DNA of 64,000 nt from the sequence record MN850622.1. One strand, given 5' to 3'. The position numbers and the translations under genes are program-made. This DNA is from Escherichia phage mobillu. Shown piece by piece: positions 55,660 through 64,000 of the stretch. Each line of letters begins with the position of its first letter. Position 1 is the stretch's first letter. Under the pieces are notes generated by a model. The model searched no databases and was not told the origin of the DNA. It saw only the letters and a program-made list of their open reading frames with translations.

Positions 55660-57915
55660 ATGCAAGTAACTAAGAGCAGTGGTGTATCACAAAATTTTGA
55701 TGCACAGAAAATTATTCAAGTCTTAACTTGGCAATGTGAAGGAACACAAATTGATCCATATGAATTGTACGAAGAAATTAAGACCCATCTTGTCGACGGG
55801 ATGAGCACCAAAGATATCCAGAAGATTTGTATTAAAGTTGCAGCTAACTCGATTTCTGTCGAAGAACCTGATTATCAGTATGTCGCCGCCAAAGGGCTAA
55901 TGTTTGCACTTCGTAAAGATGTATATGGGCAGTTTGAACCGCCTGCTTTTATCGACCATATTTCTTATTGTGTTAATGAAGGCAAATATGACCCTGAGCT
56001 GTTGTCTCAATATTCAGCAGAAGAAATCATTTATCTCGATTCACAGATTAAACATGAACGAGACTTTGACCTGACTTATGCTGGTGCTATGCAGCTTAAA
56101 GAAAAATATCTAGTTAAAGATAAAACAACTGGGAAGATTTATGAAACTCCCCAGTTTGCTATCATGGCTATTGGCATGGCCTTACACCAAGACGAAACTC
56201 ATGACCGTTTGAAACATATTATTCGTTTTTATGATGCCGTTTCTACTCATCAAGTTTCATTGCCAACCCCAATTATGGCAGGTGCTCGTACTCCAACTCG
56301 CCAGTTCTCTAGTTGTGTAGTTATTGAAGCCGGTGATTCGTTAAAATCTATTAACAAAACTTCAGCATCAATTATTGAATATATTTCTAAACGAGCTGGT
56401 ATCGGTATCAACGTTGGTATGCTTCGTGCAGAAGGTTCTAAGATCGGTATGGGTGAAGTTCGACATACGGGTGTTATTCCATTCTGGAAACATTTCCAAA
56501 CTGCAGTAAAATCTTGTTCTCAAGGTGGTATTCGTGGTGGTGCTGCTACAGCGTATTATCCGATGTGGCACTTAGAAGTAGAGAACCTATTAGTTCTGAA
56601 AAATAACAAAGGCGTGGATGAAAACCGTATTCGACATATGGACTACGGAATTCAGATTAATGACCTCATGATGGAACGCCTTGGTAAAAATGATTATATT
56701 ACTTTATTTAGCCCTCACGAAATGTCAGGCGAACTATATTACTCGTTCTTTGAAGATCAAGATAAATTCCGTGAGCTTTATGAGAAAGCTGAAAAAGACC
56801 CAACAATTAGAAAGAAAAGAATCAAAGCACTAGAACTCTTTGAATTGTTCATGACTGAACGTTCTGGTACTGCTCGAATTTATCCACAGTTTGTTGATAA
56901 CACGAATAACTACACTCCATTTATTCGTGAAAAAGCTCCAATTCGTCAAAGTAACTTATGTTGTGAAATCGCTATTCCAACTAATGATGTGAATGGTCCT
57001 GATGCTGAAATTGGTTTATGCACATTATCTGCTTTTGTATTAGATAAATTTGATTGGCAAGACCAAGATAAAATTAATGAACTTGCTGAAGTACAAGTAC
57101 GTGCACTTGATAACCTGCTAGACTATCAAGATTATCCGGTTCCAGAAGCTTTAAAAGCTAAAAAGCGTCGTAATCTTGGTGTTGGTGTTACGAACTATGC
57201 TGCATGGTTAGCTTCTAACTTTGCTTCATATGAAGACGCTAACGATTTGACTCATGAATTGTTTGAGAGATTGCAATATGGCCTTATCAAAGCATCAATC
57301 AAACTCGCCAAAGAAAAAGGATGTTGCGAGTATTATTCAGACACTAAATGGTCTAGAGGCGAATTACCTATCGACTGGTACAATAAAAAGATTGACCAAA
57401 TCGCAGCCCCGAACTACGTCTGTGACTGGGAAGAACTTCGAGCTAAACTCAAAGAACATGGAATTCGTAACTCAACGTTGTCTGCACTCATGCCTTGTGA
57501 GTCAAGCAGTCAAGTATCAAACTCTACAAACGGGATTGAGCCACCACGTGGTCCAGTAAGTATTAAAGAATCTAAAGAAGGCAACTTCCGACAGGTTGTT
57601 CCTAATATCGAACATAACATGAGTCTTTACGACTACGCGTGGAAACTTGCTAAGAAAGGTAATAAACCTTATTTGACCCAAGTTGCTATCATGTTGAAAT
57701 GGGTGTGCCAATCTGCTTCTGCTAATACTTACTATGACCCTGCAGTATTTGAGAAAGGTAAAGTGCCAATGTCAGTAATGCTTGACGATCTGCTTTACTT
57801 CTGGTACTTTGGCGGAAAAAACCTCTACTATCATAACACTCGTGATGGGTCTGGTACAGACGACTATGAATTAGAAACACCTAAAGCAGAAGATTGTTCT
57901 GCTTGTAAGCTTTAA
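55660..57915 (+). CDS. nrdA: aerobic ribonucleotide reductase large subunit
   Basis: Near-identical to remembered T4 NrdA (ATP-cone N-terminus, active-site NLCCEIA region, C-terminal Cys pair). Confidence 0.97.
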   Translation: MQVTKSSGVSQNFDAQKIIQVLTWQCEGTQIDPYELYEEIKTHLVDGMSTKDIQKICIKVAANSISVEEPDYQYVAAKGLMFALRKDVYGQFEPPAFIDHISYCVNEGKYDPELLSQYSAEEIIYLDSQIKHERDFDLTYAGAMQLKEKYLVKDKTTGKIYETPQFAIMAIGMALHQDETHDRLKHIIRFYDAVSTHQVSLPTPIMAGARTPTRQFSSCVVIEAGDSLKSINKTSASIIEYISKRAGIGINVGMLRAEGSKIGMGEVRHTGVIPFWKHFQTAVKSCSQGGIRGGAATAYYPMWHLEVENLLVLKNNKGVDENRIRHMDYGIQINDLMMERLGKNDYITLFSPHEMSGELYYSFFEDQDKFRELYEKAEKDPTIRKKRIKALELFELFMTERSGTARIYPQFVDNTNNYTPFIREKAPIRQSNLCCEIAIPTNDVNGPDAEIGLCTLSAFVLDKFDWQDQDKINELAEVQVRALDNLLDYQDYPVPEALKAKKRRNLGVGVTNYAAWLASNFASYEDANDLTHELFERLQYGLIKASIKLAKEKGCCEYYSDTKWSRGELPIDWYNKKIDQIAAPNYVCDWEELRAKLKEHGIRNSTLSALMPCESSSQVSNSTNGIEPPRGPVSIKESKEGNFRQVVPNIEHNMSLYDYAWKLAKKGNKPYLTQVAIMLKWVCQSASANTYYDPAVFEKGKVPMSVMLDDLLYFWYFGGKNLYYHNTRDGSGTDDYELETPKAEDCSACKL

Positions 57916-57969
57916 GACTTTTTATTATAATTTACTCATGGATGAGTTAATAACTAAGTGAGAAATATA

Positions 57970-59145
57970 ATGAGTACAGTTTTTAACACACATCAAGTCG
58001 ATGTTTTGAATGAACCGATGTTCTTTGGTTCTGGTCTTGGCCTCGCACGGTATGATATTCAGCGTCATAAAGTTTTTGAAGAACTTATTGAAAAGCAATT
58101 GTCGTTTTTCTGGCGCCCAGAAGAGGTAAACTTGATGTTGGATTCGGCCCAGTTTAATAAGCTTCCACAGTTCCAACAGGACATCTTTACCAACAACCTT
58201 AAGTATCAATCATTATTAGATTCTATCCAAGGTAGAGCACCATCTGCGGTACTTATGTCATTGCTTTCAGACCCTTCATTAGATACATGGGTTGCTACAT
58301 GGACTTTCAGTGAAACTATTCACTCTCGTTCATATACTCATATTATGCGAAATCTTTATACAGATCCATCGAAGGTGTTTGATGAGATTGTATTAGATGA
58401 AGCTATTATGAAGCGTGCCGAATCTATCGGACGATATTATGATGATGTTCTAGTCAAGACTCGTCATTGGGAAAATGCTAAGGAAGTTTATGAGTGTTCA
58501 ATAGGCTCATGCCAGCAGAATGATATTGAGATGTACGAAGAAATAATGTTTAACGCCAAGCGTGATTTAATGAAGTCTCTTTATCTCTGTTTGCATGTTA
58601 TCAACGCCTTAGAAGCTATTCGTTTTTACGTATCATTTGCATGTACTTTCAACTTCCATAAAAATATGGAAATTATGGAAGGTAATGCAAAGATTATGAA
58701 GTTCATTGCTCGTGACGAACAACTCCATCTCAAGGGTACTCAGTACATTATCCGTCAACTTCAATCTGGTACTGATGGCGATGAGTGGGTTCAAATTGCT
58801 AAAGAATGTGAACAAGAAGCAGTTGACATTTTTATGGAAGTAAATAGTCAAGAGAAGGAATGGGCTGCACACCTCTTTAAAGACGGTACATGTCCAGGTA
58901 TCAATACGCAGAGTATGTGTGCTTTTGTTGATTACTTGACTGTGTCTCGTATGAAACAGTGCGGTTTGCCATGTCCAATTACTGATGCTCCGACCAAGCA
59001 TCCGTATCCTTGGATTCGTGAATATCTGAACTCTGATTTAGTTCAAGCAGCTCCTCAGGAAGTTGAAATCAGTTCTTATCTTGTCGCACAAATTGATAAC
59101 GATGTAGACCAAAATGTAATCAATTCATACAAAAAATATTTCTAA
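57970..59145 (+). CDS. nrdB: aerobic ribonucleotide reductase small subunit (uninterrupted, no intron)
   Basis: Di-iron/tyrosyl radical protein features in a continuous ORF; first ATG at 57970 (track start 57958 is GTG). Confidence 0.93.
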   Translation: MSTVFNTHQVDVLNEPMFFGSGLGLARYDIQRHKVFEELIEKQLSFFWRPEEVNLMLDSAQFNKLPQFQQDIFTNNLKYQSLLDSIQGRAPSAVLMSLLSDPSLDTWVATWTFSETIHSRSYTHIMRNLYTDPSKVFDEIVLDEAIMKRAESIGRYYDDVLVKTRHWENAKEVYECSIGSCQQNDIEMYEEIMFNAKRDLMKSLYLCLHVINALEAIRFYVSFACTFNFHKNMEIMEGNAKIMKFIARDEQLHLKGTQYIIRQLQSGTDGDEWVQIAKECEQEAVDIFMEVNSQEKEWAAHLFKDGTCPGINTQSMCAFVDYLTVSRMKQCGLPCPITDAPTKHPYPWIREYLNSDLVQAAPQEVEISSYLVAQIDNDVDQNVINSYKKYF

Positions 59146-59148
59146 GGA

Positions 59149-59170
59149 CGGGACTTCGGTCCCACTTTAT
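59149..59170 (+). terminator. terminator-like hairpin (UUCG tetraloop)
   Basis: CGGGAC-TTCG-GTCCC followed by actttatt. Confidence 0.45.
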
Positions 59171-59171
59171 T

Positions 59172-59582
59172 ATGAAAGATATCGCCGCCGAATATTCCTT
59201 TATTAAATATACAGAATTGGAGCTATTAGAAGATGCAACAATTAAAACAGTTGATGTCCCTAATAAGAAAAATGTCATATACGCTATTGCTATAGATGAC
59301 GAACTTGTGTATATTGGTAAAACCAAGAATTTAAAGAAACGCATTAACTATTATCGAACAGCCATAAATCGAAAAGACCAGACTTCAGATTCAAGAAAAT
59401 CACTTATGATTTTGGATGCCTTAATGCAAGGCAAAAAGGTTGAATTCTGGGCCCGCCAATGTTTTGACCTTTCAGTCACCAACGAACTTGGTTCAATGAC
59501 CATCGCAACAATGGACCTTGAAGAACCGCTTTTTATCAAAAAGTTCAACCCGCCTTGGAATATCCAACATAAGAAAAAGTAG
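59172..59582 (+). CDS. denA: endonuclease II (GIY-YIG family)
   Basis: YIGKTKNLKKRINYYR and overall match to remembered T4 DenA; 136 aa. Confidence 0.92.
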   Translation: MKDIAAEYSFIKYTELELLEDATIKTVDVPNKKNVIYAIAIDDELVYIGKTKNLKKRINYYRTAINRKDQTSDSRKSLMILDALMQGKKVEFWARQCFDLSVTNELGSMTIATMDLEEPLFIKKFNPPWNIQHKKK

Positions 59583-59611
59583 TTTACATACCACAAGGAT
59601 TGTGGTACAAT
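59582..59611 (+). promoter_or_regulatory. T4-type early promoter for rnlA
   Basis: GTTTAC 59582-59587, 18 bp spacer with CCACAA-gga-TTGTGG palindrome, TACAAT 59606-59611. Confidence 0.5.
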
Positions 59612-59629
59612 TTAAAAAAAACTAACTGA

Positions 59630-60763
<1,134 letters not shown>

Positions 60764-60765
60764 TG

Positions 60766-60795
60766 GTTTACAAACACCAAGGAAGGTGTTACTAT
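60766..60795 (+). promoter_or_regulatory. T4-type early promoter for alc
   Basis: GTTTAC 60766-60771, 18 bp spacer, TACTAT 60790-60795. Confidence 0.5.
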
Positions 60796-60825
60796 GGCTT
60801 TTATCAACAACACGAGGAGAAAATT

Positions 60826-61326
60826 ATGAATATGCAATTGATTACTAACGATATGGTCGTAACCGCTTTTGGAGACACAACTGACGGAATCCGAGTCTTT
60901 AAGAAAGGACGTCCAGTTGGTTATCTTACTGACCTACGTGTTACACTGGCCAAAAATCTTAAAAAGAAAGTAAAACAAAAAGAGTATTCCACCCGATACG
61001 CTGAAGAGAAACGCGAAGCTATGCCAGAAGCAGTTAATGCCATGGTAGAATTTCTTCAAAACAATTTGACTAAATATGACGCTAATGTGTTCATTAATAT
61101 TAGTCAACCAAACGTACATATCGCAGGTATCAAATTCTATATTATTTGCGACCCTCTTACCGACAAATTCAACCGTCTCGGAATCTCAAGCCCATATCAT
61201 ACAGCAGAAGAGTTGTGTGTATTGTTTGAATCATACAAAATCCAAACTGACGGGCCTAAAACAGTTCTTATCAATGGATTATCCCGAGACGAAATCATTG
61301 AGATTATTCAAACATGCTTAAAGTAA
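60826..61326 (+). CDS. alc: Alc (blocks transcription of cytosine-containing DNA)
   Basis: 167 aa from ATG 60826 with gaggag RBS; position after rnlA as in T4; track ORF start 60763 would overlap the promoter. Confidence 0.7.
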   Translation: MNMQLITNDMVVTAFGDTTDGIRVFKKGRPVGYLTDLRVTLAKNLKKKVKQKEYSTRYAEEKREAMPEAVNAMVEFLQNNLTKYDANVFINISQPNVHIAGIKFYIICDPLTDKFNRLGISSPYHTAEELCVLFESYKIQTDGPKTVLINGLSRDEIIEIIQTCLK

Positions 61327-61670
61327 ATGCATCATATATTGTAGTGGCAGCTTTTGCAGTTGTTGCTACTGTAACAATAGCATTTCTGAACCATAAAGTC
61401 GATTCGCTGAATACTGAATTGGCTTCTGTTAAAGAGACTGCTAAAAACAATGCTAAAGTATTAGACGACTTCAAGATTCAATATCAGTCAATCGAAGAAA
61501 TGACTTATAAGAACCGTGTTTTAGTTGACCAACTTAAGGCTGAAAATGAAAAGCTCCGTAAGGATTCGAAGAAGAAGAACGTGGTGGCAAGTAAGCCAGG
61601 ATTGGTCGAAAAACAAATCAACAGGTCCTTCGATTCCTTTGCAGAAGACCTCAGGAAGCTCTCAGAATGA
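61314..61670 (+). CDS. hypothetical membrane-anchored coiled-coil protein (118 aa)
   Basis: N-terminal TM helix YIVVAAFAVVATVTIAF; overlaps alc end. Confidence 0.5.
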   Translation: MLKVNASYIVVAAFAVVATVTIAFLNHKVDSLNTELASVKETAKNNAKVLDDFKIQYQSIEEMTYKNRVLVDQLKAENEKLRKDSKKKNVVASKPGLVEKQINRSFDSFAEDLRKLSE

Positions 61671-61957
61671 TTAAATTAACTGTGGCTGTATTATCTATTG
61701 GTCTCCTAGTTGGATGTACTCAGGATGTGCCAGTAAGCCCTAAAGAAACTTTACATCCTTCATGGCCTACGCCTATTTCCGAATACAACCAGAAATGGCA
61801 AGTAAAGGTTATTGATGGTAATCCGTGGGTTGGAATGCCATTTGAAGACTCTCAAGAATTTCGTATCTGGTTAAACGACGTAAAAAGATATATACATGAC
61901 CAGAAGACTATGTTATGTTATTATCGTAGTGGTTTAAAAGAGGAAAAATGCCAATGA
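61667..61957 (+). CDS. predicted lipoprotein (96 aa)
   Basis: Signal peptide MIKLTVAVLSIGLLVGC with lipobox L-V-G-C; ATGA coupled. Confidence 0.6.
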   Translation: MIKLTVAVLSIGLLVGCTQDVPVSPKETLHPSWPTPISEYNQKWQVKVIDGNPWVGMPFEDSQEFRIWLNDVKRYIHDQKTMLCYYRSGLKEEKCQ

Positions 61958-62172
61958 CTAAAGAACAGCATGAATACATTAAAGGGCTTATCTATGAATC
62001 TGAAATGGCGGCTATGATTTATGGGCGCCAGATTCAACGATTAGAATCTTTGCCTCCGACTAATGACCGATTGTTAGTTCAGTCTCGTGCTAATCTGAAA
62101 AATGAATATCAGAATAAGTGGGCAGTAGCGACTAAAGCTCTTCACGAGTATATTGAATCTTTAGTAAAATAG
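61954..62172 (+). CDS. hypothetical protein (72 aa)
   Basis: ATGA coupled; AGAGGA RBS at appropriate spacing for 61954 rather than 61948. Confidence 0.45.
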   Translation: MTKEQHEYIKGLIYESEMAAMIYGRQIQRLESLPPTNDRLLVQSRANLKNEYQNKWAVATKALHEYIESLVK

Positions 62173-62201
62173 TTTACAAACTCTCAGGAGCAGAGTATAA
62201 T
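62173..62201 (+). promoter_or_regulatory. T4-type early promoter with inverted repeat flanking -10
   Basis: GTTTAC, 17 bp spacer, TATAAT; GGAGCA-gagtataa-TGCTCC; near-duplicate of the 34514 promoter. Confidence 0.55.
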
Positions 62202-62229
62202 GCTCCTATGGATAATTGAGGAAATCTAA

Positions 62230-62528
62230 ATGAAAACATTACTAGAGAATTACATCAAACGGTCTGATGAGTATATTGATATCTGCCGTGGAATGACACT
62301 TGTAGATTATGACAAAGATGCAGCAAAGGCACTAGATGAAGCAGGTAAAGCTCTTCGTAAAGCTGCTAAAGAAAAAGGGTTGGATTTGCAACAACTCAAA
62401 AGTCATATGATTAAATTTATTTCTTCAAACGTTAGAAGTACGTCAATTAATAAAAACGTTGCTGAAATTAATAAAGACCGGCGCGAACTCAACATTCGTA
62501 TTCTTGAAGCTTTCTTAGGAATCAAATA

Positions 62529-62529
<1 letters not shown>
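62230..62529 (+). CDS. hypothetical protein (99 aa)
   Basis: RBS tgaggaaatctaaATG. Confidence 0.55.
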
Positions 62530-63616
<1,087 letters not shown>

Positions 63617-63808
63617 ATGAAACGATTATATGAAGTGATTGAGGCCATCGAACAGCATAAAGAATATTTGTTTGTAGCCTGGCCTTTAGTAAATGGACAG
63701 TTCGGTATTGATGTGCTGGACTATGAGCATGAAGAACGTTTGGACGGTGGTATATTTGATAACGTCGACCAGGCAATTGAATGGTTAAATGAAAACTATG
63801 TACGATAA
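63617..63808 (+). CDS. hypothetical protein (63 aa)
   Basis: TAAATG junction with pseT. Confidence 0.45.
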   Translation: MKRLYEVIEAIEQHKEYLFVAWPLVNGQFGIDVLDYEHEERLDGGIFDNVDQAIEWLNENYVR

Positions 63809-64000
63809 ACATCATGAAATCGAAGATGAAGCATACAAAATGCTTCGTAAACTAGTGGGACTTAATATGAGTCCTACATTAATCAACAAACTCGCAGGAA
63901 TTCGTAATGATCTGAATACTCGTTACAAAGGTGAATATCATGTAGAGTTTGTTCCTGTAGGTGAACCAACCGAGCGATTTGTTGTTCGAGTTAAAGTAAA
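63798..64000 (+). CDS. hypothetical protein, 5' portion (continues beyond window)
   Basis: Open frame from ATG 63798 to window end, overlapping the upstream stop. Confidence 0.35.
   Translation, partial: MYDKHHEIEDEAYKMLRKLVGLNMSPTLINKLAGIRNDLNTRYKGEYHVEFVPVGEPTERFVVRVKV

Noticed and set aside
54456-59145. Possible group I introns or homing endonucleases in td and nrdB, as in T4
   Set aside because: Both genes are single uninterrupted ORFs of full length with active-site motifs; no GIY-YIG or HNH ORF lies between exons.

Overview
This window is a contiguous segment of a T4-like (Tevenvirinae) myovirus genome, running from the 3' end of DNA polymerase gene 43 to just past pseT. Protein sequences are very close to T4 and consistent with an RB69-like phage; all calls rest on motifs, gene order and remembered T4 protein sequences, with no database search run. 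The plus strand carries early/middle genes in T4 order: 42, uvsX, 40, 41, dmd, sp, 61, 56, soc, two ModA/ModB-like ADP-ribosyltransferases, dda, dexA, a fused 39/60 topoisomerase subunit, rIIA, rIIB, ndd, 52, motA, asiA, rnh, dsbA, 33, 59, 32, frd, td, nrdA, nrdB, denA, rnlA, alc and pseT. The minus strand carries the late block: holin t and tail-fibre genes 38, 37, 36, 35 and 34. Regulatory signals are typical of T4: many GTTTAC-N17/18-TATAAT early promoters, MotA-box middle promoters, TATAAATA late promoters, UUCG-tetraloop terminators, the gene 32 translational operator and the gene 38 split ribosome-binding-site hairpin. No tRNA, CRISPR, intron or homing-endonuclease gene was found. The most interesting feature is the pair of slots flanking dCMP hydroxymethylase gene 42, which hold imm and beta-gt in T4. 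Here they hold a sugar-nucleotide biosynthesis module (SIS-domain isomerase, fused nucleotidyltransferase-kinase, HAD phosphatase, a possible U32-like protein) and a 299-aa unknown plus a thymidylate-kinase-like protein. Together with a GT-B glycosyltransferase between 39 and rIIA, this predicts a pentosyl (arabinosyl-type) hmC DNA hypermodification system replacing T4 glucosylation. Other accessory content includes a superinfection-exclusion cluster with the Dmd antitoxin, a tandem three-gene paralog family with duplicated promoters, and numerous small translationally coupled ORFs.
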